Positions 1 through 11,800 of a stretch of DNA of 64,000 nucleotides are shown here, piece after piece. The stretch's first letter is position 1, and the number at the start of each line of letters is the position of its first letter. The notes beneath the pieces are model-generated. The model was not told where the DNA came from, did not search any database, and worked only from the letters and a program-made list of their open reading frames with translations. Both the position numbers and the translations under genes were made by a program. This DNA is from Podarcis liolepis (Eukaryota), in assembly GCA_965112155.1 (NCBI GenBank), contig OZ218102.1; one strand, 5' to 3'.

Positions 1-249
1 ACAAAGACCTGTGTTTACACATAAGACAGTTTCTGACTTATTGTGGTGAGTTGTGATTTAGTAGCTGGCTGGTAGGGATGCCATATGTCCTCTTTTTTCC
101 AGGGGTAGTGTCGTTAAATTATGGTCCCATTATTTTGAACTCACTGGCCTTATTGGCACAGCATTAGCAACAGGAACCTTGAAAACACCTGCTTATCAAG
201 GGCGAAAGCATCAGCGAGTTGGGCTTACGCAGCGCTAAACTGCACACAC

Positions 250-1250
250 GGCCTTGGAAGGCTTTCCTTCTGCGCATGCGTCCCGCCATCTCGCTCCCTC
301 GATCTAAACGGCTGTCGCTCCATTCTCCTCCGCGGCGCATGCGTCACGCTCTGCACCTAGGCGACGCGAGCGAAATTCTCGTCCCCGGCGCCGCGTCTCC
401 TCGCGATACGTCCGCCCGCGACGCCATCCTGTCTGCCTCAGCTGCGTAGCCTGCTAGTCAGCCGCCCGTTAGGCGCGCTTCCTTGTTCTTTTGTGGGGGA
501 GTCTCAGCCCTGCCGTTAGCGCCGACCGCCTGGGGAAGTGGGTGAGGTGTTGCCGGTGAGTGGGGTGGCGGGGGAGAGAGGTCGGGCAACTCCGTCGCCG
601 ATGCGCCGGGAAAGTACGAGCCGAGGTGGGCGGACCCGCCTTCTCGGTTCCCTGAGAAATTCAGCCTTGGGTCAGGTGGCGGGATAAACGGGGGAGGGAA
701 GGGAAGGGTTAAGCGGTGGCTTCCGCGCGCGAGAGAGAGCGAGGGTTCTATTCTCTCCGTCCGCCATTTTGAATGTGGCGGTGATTTGGCGGGGGAGGAG
801 GGGGGGAAGAGCGGAGGCGGCGCGCCAGGGAGGCGACTGGTTCGCCTGCCGGAGGCCGAGGTGCCCTTCAGCCTGGGGCTGGCGCTCGTGGCCCAACGGC
901 TCGCCGCAAACGGCGACTTGGCAGCTAACAGCACTAGTGCAGCCAAGGAAGCGAGGGTAGGGACGACAGATCAACGGCATCCCGGGCCTGACAAAAAGAG
1001 GCACGGCGACGCCTTCCTTTGGCTGTTTTAACCGGCGGAGATTAACTCTTCCCCTCCCCCCCCCTTTCTGAGAGCGGGCATTCTTTGATCTGCCACGCCC
1101 CCTCTGCCCAAGGTAGTTCGCGCTTGCGCGATGGGTCTGTGCGTGTCGGGCAAGGATTTGAGCGTAGTGTTGTAGCGCTGTTGATAGTTGGGGGAGTTTC
1201 CTGTGCCGGCTCTCCCGCCTCGCCATGCTCACTAATGACGAGATGTAAAG
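250..1250. promoter_or_regulatory. CpG-island promoter and non-coding first-exon region of HNRNPH3, probably bidirectional (PBLD expected on - strand by synteny)
   Basis: High GC and CpG content. NRF1-type TGCGCATGCG at 271-280 and GCGCATGCGT at 335-344; BANP-like CCTCGCGATA at 399-408; YY1-type CCGCCATTTT at 761-770; strong + donor CCG|GTGAGT at 555/556. Exact TSS and exon 1 limits cannot be determined. Confidence 0.8.
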
Positions 1251-3497
1251 AGATTGACTGCTCAGCTGTTTGGGAAAGATCCCCATTGTAGTCCTTGGGA
1301 ATTACATCCGAGAAAACGCATGTATTAGCATTTAAGCTTGGGTAAGAGGGTAAATTTCATTCATCACTCAGATTAAATCAGAAAGCGCTAGTAAAACTAA
1401 GGCTATATCGGTGCAACGTTGCAACCATCACAGTTAGTGGCAATACCGTACTGAAAGCCATTGTGATTTAAGATTCATAATAAATGCAGGGGTGGCAGTT
1501 CTTCGTTTTGTGTAATGCAACATATTTCTGTGTATCAGCCAAAATACACTTTGGTTGATTGTACATGAGGCATTTGACCTAGGTCATTTCTACAGCTAAT
1601 CTACTTTTGAAAACAGAAATAAGGTAAAGGATAGAGTAGGTAATGTAATCGCTGTACAAGACACTTGAAATACATAGCTGCTTACATGGACAGATTTTGA
1701 ACATGTTCAAAAATGACAGTACTAAAGTCATTTATGTCAAGAAATCATGTCTTTGTGTTCATGCCTACATAGGTTCTGTTACAGTTTTGGGAAACATAGC
1801 TTCTCTCACTTAGTTTGGTTACCTATAGTGAATATTAATATATCTATAAAAGATGGTTCCAGGGCAATTTAAAAAAGTAATACCTGTTTTCCCAAATGAT
1901 ACATATCTTTCATGCAGTGGGATTTTTTTAAAGTGGGAAGATTTCCAAATGTGCCACTAGATAACCTAGGCTGCAGTTGGATGCACAGTTAGTAAGTTCC
2001 ATAGAACACAGTGAGACTTATGAGTAAACATGCACAGGATCATACTGTTAGTTTTCTCTAATTTAATCGCATTACTTTGATAAATAATATTTGGCTTAAC
2101 TACTGTTAAGACTATGCAGAGGTCTTCAAGTAGAAAGTCTTATTTTTTTGATGTCTGAAGAACTTTCTCAGCTTTAAAAACTTTCATACACGAGCATGCA
2201 AATGTTGTTCCATGAGAGATTACCTTACATACTATTGTGCGGGATCATATGGCAATATATCAATTATCTTGTTCTGTAAATCTGGTCAAATTTCTGTGTA
2301 GTTCAGAATCCTAGAATTAAAAATGAAAAGCAGACTAATGCCGGTAGGTGCTAAAAGAGGGAAATGCTTACTAGTGTTGTTTACTAGTATCTCCATTTTG
2401 CTCCTGTTTACCATATTGCAAAATGGACTCTCTGGCTTATTGTAGCCAAATTCTAAAGTCTCTGGATGATTTAATCACTGTTCTGTCCCTAGGATAAAAG
2501 GAAATCTGCACAATTCTGTGCACTGCAGGTTATCTTAAAGCACATAGTGGAGGCTACAGGTTATAGTGGTGCTGTTCTTGACAGTATTACACTGTAGCAA
2601 CTTAGGTGGATTTTTAGGATTAGCCTGCAAGAGAACTTTTTGAGGGGAAAAACACCTGGAGTTTCATACTGGATGGTTGTGGTTGTTAAAGATAAAGCTC
2701 ATCTTTCATCTTTTTCAAGCAGGAAACATAGGAAAGATGCACCCTTCTTTTCCAGAAGAGGTATAATCACTTCCAGACTACAAGATTGATGTTCTGACAG
2801 CTTAGACAGCAAGCATGACAACAACCATATGTTTGCATAGGAGTAAATTCCATTTAAAACAGTAGGATTTACATCTAAATAAACATACAAAGGATTACAC
2901 TGAAGAGATCAGTAGATGTAAAACGCAAATGAATAATAGTCTGGGGGCAAAGGTTGATGGGCACAGTATAGAATTTGGTGAACTAGAGTTATACCTTTTT
3001 CTGAAAAGGTAAGCCATGCACCAGGAAGAGAAGGAATAAAGCAAACATTGTTAAGTACAGAGTGGGATTTTCATAAAAAAATTGAATTGGATAATTGGAA
3101 CTTGCAACAAAATGTTGCAGTGCAGAGTGTTCCAGCCACTCTCTTCCACTCCCAAATTTTCCCTTCCCAGCAATTGGTCAGCATTCTATACACAGTTTAT
3201 CTTCCCTGAGGTGGTGGTAGTGGTTTTGTACTTTTACAAACCTCAGGGTTTTTCTGAGGATACTAATACCTCCCTTGGGTAGTGCTATTCTGGCTACATA
3301 TGGACCAGCACTCATAACACTGAGAACACTGTTAGTTTATTTTTAATGTGATGTTAATTTTAAATGTGTAAATACCTGCAAACTGCTTTGAGGTGGCAAA
3401 ATTATCTGAACTGAAATATTTTAGTACAGAAAAACATGCAATAAATTGCATATAGTGTAATCATAAAAATGTCTACTGAGAAGTGAGTCCCACTGAG

Positions 3498-4158
3498 TGT
3501 GGGAATGTTGAGGGTGGCAGGGGAGATATATTGTTTATTAATATCCTTCCTAACCTGCGCTAGAAAGTTTCTTCACTTAGCAAAGTCTTCACTTAGCAGA
3601 GTGCATTCCCTGTCTCACACAGCAGAAAGCTGGTTGCAAACTCATGTGAGTTTCTTAAGACAATAAGCAATTCAATCTGGCTTGTCCAGATTGAGATATG
3701 TTCTAATATTCCTGGTAAGACCCCTTTTGAATCCCTCATAAAAGAATAAAGACACCACAGTCTTATTCGTAAGTAACAAAAAGTAGTTTTACTCATGATC
3801 AGGCAGAACACAGTGTGATCCCTGAAGGCAGGCTTTAGGCTTAAAGTTACAAACACGTACAGACAAGTTTACCCCATATGGGAGATAACCTGGGGAACTG
3901 CTGTGGCAGCCAGCAGTCCAGTCCAGGTGATGCAGGAAGCAGGCAGGACGAGCAGGAATGTCGAAAATAGGAAGGTAGCAGCATGACTTGGCTTTTTATC
4001 AGGTCTGGAGAGGTCATTCCCACGTACTAGTCACATGCAAGGAAGGATGCTCCAGGCCAGGAAGCTTCAACTGGCTGGACCAAACATTCCCTTGCATGTC
4101 CACTCTAGCAAAACAAGGAATGTTGTACTTGACTGCTCCCAGTGGATTACATCCCACA
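3498..4158 (-). mobile_element. Solo LTR (Gypsy- or ERV-type), 661 bp
   Basis: TG...CA ends with inverted termini TGTGGGA(A)TGT / ACATCCCACA; 5-bp TSD with one mismatch (CTGAG 3493-3497 / TTGAG 4159-4163); minus-strand TATA-like ATAAAAAG near 3999-3992 and AATAAA at 3539-3534; interrupts an older short repeat. Confidence 0.7.
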
Positions 4159-5449
4159 TTGAGTTCAGTGTAGCTCCATTAAGTAGTACGTATAGGATTG
4201 CAACCTTACTGTGGTTAAGACTGCAGTCCTGTCACTGAGACATATTTTTGAGTAGGCTCATAAGCTTTACTTGAAAATTATTTTTATTGGAATACTTCTA
4301 AATATTTTAAGACATGACAATTCAATATTATTTAGATTTTATTTAGGCCGGGGAAACAAATACATTGAAAACAGTTAACTTACAAATTGTAGATTGCTTG
4401 AAGAAAAATATGTGCTTCCTAGGAGTAGCAGCTGGAAAAAGTTAACCACTGTTTTGATTTTAGAATTGACTCTTTTTTATATGCATTTCAAATTGACTTG
4501 TGCTTTGTTCATTCATTATGTCACTAATTGTTTTGTGAAACAATGCATTTTTCAAAGTGGAAAACTTTCAACAGAAAAATATACTAGTGGAAACCTTTTC
4601 TATTTAAAAGGGAAAAATTCCAGTTCACCTCACTAAGTACTTAAGCGTATTAGCATTGTGAGTCCTAAACAGAACAGGACAACAGAGGATTGCGGGAAAG
4701 AAAGGGTTTGTAACCTAGGAGTACCAGTTCTTTTCTTCTGCTCCTCTGTGTTTATTTTTAGAAATATTTAAGCTATTATACTTCTGTTGGTTTTTATAAC
4801 TGATAGGCACTTTGCAGATCACTTGTTGAAAAGCTGGGTAAGAAACACTGTAAGCAAATAATATATGACTCCAACCCCTAGGATTTGGAAACAGTAAAGT
4901 GCTCTGCCAACATAAAAAAATAAAATGTAATAGTGATAACTTATTTCTTTGAGCTGGTGCGAAAGAGCATGTTATTTTCAACTGTCCAAGAGTAGTGTAT
5001 CCAAGTCAGGAGTCTTCTGTTGTTTCAGAATGTTTTTCAGCATCTTTACCAAACTGGGACTGAGGTTTTATTGCTTTTGCTGCATTTACTTTTATAATAC
5101 AGTATCAGCCAATTGGCTGAAGTGAATTTGAGTACTTACACCTAATCCCACCCCCAAGGATTCCTCCGTCTGTATAATATGCCCCATTGTGAGCAATTAA
5201 AAAATCTAGGGCTCACCTTGCTCTAATTAAAGATGCGGAAAAAACTGTTAACTGGTGCTATTGCTGAAACTTGTGAAGACTGAAGGCACTACCACTAGGA
5301 ATACAGTCCTGAGCAAAAGCTCATTGAAGGGGTACTTGGTCATGGGTTCAAATAAAGGTCCCATAAAAATCTGTAAAGGGTATATTTAGCTGCCATATTA
5401 GAAAAATCTTGTTAGAATAGTTAAGTTGGGGGATATTCTGCTCATTTTT

Positions 5450-7450
5450 TTCTCCATGCAAACTGAACCATGGTTTGTAATAGAATACTGAGCCCTGAAA
5501 TAGATTTATGGGCAACCATGGAGTTGTATCTATCTGTTAGTGGAGACCTGGAGATCTATGTGCTCTGGCTATATGGGGCTTTTAGCTCTGTCCTCTCCTT
5601 GCTGCATTTTTTGATTGATTCAGCCTTTGGAAATCAGAAAACAGTGCAAGGAGAGACTCTAGGAAATAAGAGAAATGGAGGGCAGGATATGTATAGCCGT
5701 CTTCTTGGCCACTGCTTCTGCTGTGCAGAGGAGCTGGTGAATAATCTGTTGATATTGTGGGTCAGTTGAGGTGTGAAGAGGTTCAGAACTGATTACTCTG
5801 TGTGTCCATAATCTGTTGGATAGGTGTTTCCCAAAGAACCACTCCACTTTCATAGTGACCTTGTACTTCAAGAAGAATTTTTTTAAAAGCAAGGTTCCCA
5901 CTAGTTTGTGCTTTGTAGAACATATCTGTGCTGTCTTCCTGCTACATCTGGCTGTGTGAGGCTAGCCTATTTTATGCAGATCTGCTGTGGTTTCATTATC
6001 AGTTGGCCCCTGTAGATTAAAAGTCCACCAGAAAAAGAGAAACACCTAAATGACCAGTACAGGTCATTCCCTGACTGCTTGGTTATGGAAATTTAGCAGA
6101 AACCACTGCAGGGTTATTGCATAATTTCTGGCCACACTTCATGTAGAATACTGTCAAGGCTCGTATGTTATGCTCTGATGGGTATGGAGAGAGGAAGACA
6201 TTTAGGGTTAAGCTAAAGACCCATTCGGCTGTGGTTAGGAGGCTTCCAGTATTTGTTGAATCACTTGAGCCTTCCTGATGTGAAACTGACAGCTTTGTCT
6301 CTAAGGCTATCCCTGCCCCTGGACCTCTCTTGGTCTGGATACTGGGAACAAATGGAAGGATAAGTGTAATGTTAATTTACCACTTGGGAGGCATTTCCTG
6401 CTTGGGTTGCAAAAGAAATGCCTTTTTCTTATCCTTGGTCTCTCCTAGGAAGAATGTGTTCAAATGGGTCTCTAAATAGATTTTCACCTTCCAAGTGGCT
6501 ATGTCAGACTTCAGTTTCAGATCCATAGTCTCCTAATATAGACAGCAAAGGAGACATAGTAAGTCATAGACATGAAAAATAATTGCAGAGAGTCTAAGAC
6601 CTCTGCAGTAAATTCCTTAATGAAGGGTTTGGTTATCATGGGGTGGGGAGATATGAACGTAACTGCCAGCCCATTGATGCATTAGAGAATGTTGTAACTG
6701 GGATGGCTGAGAGGGACACCTCATGGGACTTCCATGGGGCAAACTCTTCTCTGGCGTCTGCTCTAGCAGGGCTGGTAAATTATCCCTCCCTAGGGTTGCT
6801 CCATTTCTTGCTCATTGATTGGTCAAAAAGGCTTGGGTTAGAAATGGGCATGCTTTCCTCTCTTGCTATGGGGAGCACACGGAATTTTAAGTTTCAGACT
6901 TTTCTTCTTGTTCCTGCTGCTGAAGATTTTTAGAAGCTTTTACTAGAGGATTGAGGAGGGACATCCAATTTAAATAGGTGCTCCTGCCAGTACCTGATTG
7001 CAACATTCTCTTCCTCAATGATTGACTTTCTCAGATGCTGCAGAAGCAGAGCAGAGGTTGGGGCTGGATTTGAGGTGCACAGGAGCAAAAGGCTTGCTAG
7101 CTGCAGAACTTGCCCAGTTTTGAGGGGAATAGATTGTAGGAATTGTATTGCTGCTTGGAACAGCTTTGGCTTCAGTAATGGCAGTTGTGACTTTGTCTGC
7201 TTTTTCACTGTCTTACCTTTGCTGAATCTTTTGCTGTGCTGCCTGTTGGGATATATCCTTAGGTAAGACCATCTTCCCCATGAAAGCATGAGGTTCTGAG
7301 ATGGCACTTGCAGTGTGCCATTTAGCCTCCCTGTGCTTAAAAGAAGGAATTTCTTGCATGTCGTCTGAGACCTTCTGTGTGTGAGAGCGAGCAGACCCAA
7401 TAATGCCCCTTTTCCTCTTTTTGAAAAGTTTTTTCCTCAGATGTGTACAA
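5450..7450 (-). mobile_element. Heavily decayed, internally deleted DIRS-like (tyrosine-recombinase) retrotransposon
   Basis: Minus-strand remnants in DIRS order: ORF1-like EGENLF (~6491-6474) and GETKDKKKA (6445-6419); RT N-terminal SGRLK*FNKYWK (6278-6243) then TTAEWVFSL (6235-6209); WPRR (~5710); RAH-like recombinase motif (~5570). Many stops and frameshifts; boundaries approximate. Confidence 0.45.
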
Positions 7451-8713
7451 TGGGGAATTCGGTTCTTTGTTAGGAATTTTTCTTCCTCTCAGTGCCTGTA
7501 GTCTTTTTTTTTAGGTAGTGGGGAGGAATGGAAGAAAACTTCTTACATTGGCTTCTGTAGGACTCCAGCCTTGCCTCAGAGTCCTATCTGTTCTTAGGCA
7601 GGACTTGACTAAACTGGGGAAGATGTGCCTTCCTATAGTAGTAGAGTGAGTTTCAACCTAAATTAAATGGTTCTTGCCCATCAACTGGCAACTAATATAA
7701 AATTAAATTATTTTATAATCATTACAGCTTCTTAGTGAGTTGAACTACATCATTTTTGGAGAATTTATATTACATTTGAGGTTTTCATAGTATGCATCTC
7801 CAAGTTGCATAATGAATGAGTCCCTTTCAGAATTTCCCAAAACATAAATGCATGTAGTTCCTAATTCCTGCCCTATTTACTATTACTCCATTTTTAAATT
7901 AATTTTATTTATTAAAATATACCTTACCTTTTCACATTGAAAAAGTATGCATGGCAGCCATAAAGTCCTGTTAAAAATAAACCTTTGGCTTGCCTCTCTC
8001 TACTTTGCTGTCATTCTGTCTTGCTGGTCATTCTATCTTGTGTACCACCACCCTGCTCCACTTTCCCAGTTTACTGAATTTTATCCTGTGCTCATTAACC
8101 CCCATGCCATTCCTGCTTCCCATTCACTGCCTCTCTTAGTTGTCAGAACTCCTGTTTCTGGGAATCTCTACAGGAATATTGCCTTGGCTCTTCTAGCTGG
8201 CATTGGAGAGAGATGTGGAAGTGGCTTGTGTGCTAACAGTGGAGAGAAGTGTGCATGTAGTAGTCCATATGCATTTTAGAAAATAGTTCAATGGCTTAAC
8301 CAGCCTGCAGCACTATGAATTAAAGAATAGCATCGATTGCAATGATTGGTTATATGTACTGATTGGGCCAGTGCATGGCTGAGCTAATGTGAGAGGTGTT
8401 GGGGAGTCATTTGCACTTTTCCAAGCAGTAGAATTTGTCTTCATAGATAGTGCATCTCTTTTGAGAACCTGAGGTATTGAGAGTAGATATGTGGCAGGCT
8501 GCATGAGCAGGTCATGCTAGTTGTACTGAATGAGTTCTAGACAACGGCAGTTGTAACTTATCACAGCATTATGCTTCAATCAATGTCTGAGCATGTTTCA
8601 AGATACTGCTAATGAATACAGTCCTGCTTAGGAAGGGGTGGGGGTGAATCATGATTCTCAAATGCTAAATTTGCTGTTTATGTTTTTTATGGTGTTTGAT
8701 TTTAAACAGCAAA

Positions 8714-8828
8714 ATGGACTGGGCTGGGAAACATAATGGTCCAAATGATTCATCTAGTGATGGAACAGTACGATTGCGTGGTCTGCCATTTGGCTGCAGC
8801 AAGGAGGAGATCGTTCAGTTCTTTCAAG
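8714..8828 (+). CDS. HNRNPH3: HNRNPH3 first coding exon
   Basis: Acceptor AG 8708-8709; ATG 8714; [38 protein letters not shown]; donor AAG|GTAGCT, phase 1. Confidence 0.95.
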
Positions 8829-11800
8829 GTAGCTCTAGTGTTAATGTCAAGTGACTTTCAGTGTTTCTATGTCTGCAAGATTGATATTTGAAATAGTTTA
8901 ATTTATATTGACTATTTCAGGGGGGGAGGGGGGAATCAGTTTAACATTTAGATTGCTAATTTTTGGTATTCTGTGTTAAAATACTACTAATCAAGAGATT
9001 GCATTGGCAGTGTAGGATATAAAATTTACCCATTTAGATACCTTGCTATGAATCAGAATTTGGAGTATGTAGTTATTACATCATGCAGTATAGGAGGGCC
9101 TTTGTGATGTAGCTGTTGCTGTGTAGTCTGAACAAAGAGACAGTAATAGAATATCTAAACCCATAAAGTTTAATGAAAGATCTTTAGCGTGTGTATTTGG
9201 GTTAGGTAGGGGAGGGGGAAGCTAAGCTATGTTCTTGCATTTGTGTAGATTTGCTTTAAGTATTTTCTACAGATGGGAATGTTTCAGACTNNNNNNNNNN
9301 NNNNNNNNNNNNNNNNNNNNNNNNNNNNNNNNNNNNNNNNNNNNNNNNNNNNNNNNNNNNNNNNNNNNNNNNNNNNNNNNNNNNNNNNNNNNNNNNNNNN
9401 NNNNNNNNNNNNNNNNNNNNNNNNNNNNNNNNNNNNNNNNNNNNNNNNNNNNNNNNNNNNNNNNNNNNNNNNNNNNNNNNNNNNNNNNNNNNNNNNNNNN
9501 NNNNNNNNNNGGTTGGGGGTCAGTTTTGCTTTTGGGGGGTTGGGGAGCATAAAGTAACTGGCTATTTAAAAACAACAACCTTACAATCACCCTAAGTAAC
9601 TTGGGAAGTATAGTAGATTTGGTGGGAGGGGGAAATGGTAATACTATGTAGATTGCTAAAATTAGGATATTTCAATTTTTGTGGAGGGTGTTCTATGATA
9701 GCCAGAGATTTTTCAAAGAATTTATTACTGGGGCAGGGGGGGAGTGTGATTCAGAAATTTGTTGTATTTAAAATGCAGTTAGAATTCTTAGACAGTAAAA
9801 TATATAACTTAAAATGCTTGCTTTTGCATTTACATTTCCTAAAATTTAAGTGATGCTTGAAAAAACAGCGTACACTTTTATTGAAAGTGTATCTAGATAT
9901 AGAATTCAGAGCATTTGTGCAACTTGTTACTGTATTTTTTTACCAGACATCACATATGTGTATTCTTACTTTTGTACATTGAAAATCTTTTTTTACTCAG
10001 ATATATTGAGATCTTCAAAAGTAGTAAGAGTGAAATCCGAGGATTCTATGACCCACCACGAAGAATGATGGGACAGCGACCTGGACCCTATGATAGACCA
10101 ATGGGAGGAAGAGGGGGTTATTATGGAGCTGGGCGTGGAAGTATGTATGACAGAATGCGTCGAGGAGGTGGTGGATATGACGGTGGTATGTGTATCTAAT
10201 GACCACAGGCTCTTGTCATTTTCACGTTCCTGACGTTTTGTCAAGAAATACAGAAATGACAGTAATTATAATACATACCAAGTCTGAAATCTGGATACCT
10301 ATCAGTTTTTTTACCAGCCGTGTGACTAAAGATTGAAAAGGTATGGAGAGGCATCTGAAATGAGATTTTAAATGTGGATGAAACTTGGTTTGCATGTCTT
10401 TGAGCCTGACAACTTTATAAATAGAAACTTGTTTATATATTTGATGTCAAGAGGTACTGATTATATGCACAGTGATAACAGCTGAATTTTTAAAAGACCA
10501 TTTCATGGTATGTCCACTTCTTAAATCTCACAGGATATGGTGGCTTTGATGAGTATGGTGGCTATAACAATTATGGCTATGGAAATGATGGCTATGATGA
10601 CAGAATGAGAGATGGTAGAGGTAAGATTTAAAAGTTTTATAGTATTGTTCCTCAACCATCAGGCTGTCTCACTGGCTCCCAAGGCAAAGAAAAAAGAACC
10701 ACTTTTTATTGTTAAGTAGGGTATTTTTTAGAGCTGAGGGGTTGTTTTGAATTCCTCAGGTTATTTTGAAGTTGGAGACATACTGTGCACTGCTTTAAAA
10801 TTGTCAGTCCCAGCATGTACCTCGGTACCTCGGTTTTCGAACGTAATCTGTTCCGGAAGTCTGTTCGAGTTCCAAAACGTTCAAAAACTGAAAGCAGAGG
10901 CCTCAATACGGAAGCCACGTTTCCTGTTCAACTTCTGAGGCGCATTCGAAAACCGAGGCATTTATTTCTGGGTTTTCAGCATTCGAGTTCCAAAATGTTT
11001 TGACTATGGAGGCATTCAAAACCGAGGTACCACTGTGGTTGGAAACCTACTGTTTTACATGTCAGAATGGGTGTGTGTGTAATTATTTGGCATGGAAGGA
11101 ACCAAAAAGGTCCTAGTGAAAGTTAAACCAGAGTAGGATTTTTCTAGTGTATAACCTAGTACAATTTCAAGGGGGAGTAAACACATATTGGGAATGCATG
11201 TGCACATCTTTATTAAATCATACATTTATTGAATCTTTTGTGTTTTAGGAATGGGAGGCCACGGCTATGGTGGAGCAGGAGATGCCAGCTCAGGCTTTCA
11301 TGGTGGTCACTTTGTTCACATGAGAGGACTGCCATTTCGAGCAACAGAAAACGATATTGCCAATGTAAGCATTGTAAACAAATTTTCCTGGTTGAAACAA
11401 AGATCTTAAGAGTTTAAGAATCTGGTCTGACTCTTTAACAATCAAAGTAGTTCACTGTTGCAGCAGTAACAGACGGGCTCAACTTGAAAGTAGTTCCTGA
11501 AGATATGATGAAATTACTGTAATGCTCTAATGGCTATTTTTTTCAAAATAATTTATAGCAATTGAGATGCAAACAGGGTATTTTAATTTAGGCATTTGAC
11601 AAGGTGCCCCATGATATTCTTGTAAAGAAGCTGGTAAAATGCGGTCTTGACTATGCTACCACTCAGTGGATTTGTAACTGGCTGACTGACCGAACCCAAA
11701 GGGTGCTCATCAATGGTTCCTCTTCATCCTGGAGAAGAGTGACTAGTGGGGTGCCACAGGGTTCTGTCTTGGGCCCGGTCTTATTCAACATCTTTATCAA

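Noticed and set aside
219-1291. Long ORFs (up to 204 aa) over the first CpG island
   Set aside because: Low-complexity Pro/Arg/Gly/Ala products typical of stop-poor GC-rich DNA, with no recognisable domain.
9229-9590. Four ORFs spanning the N run
   Set aside because: Artefacts of translating N bases.
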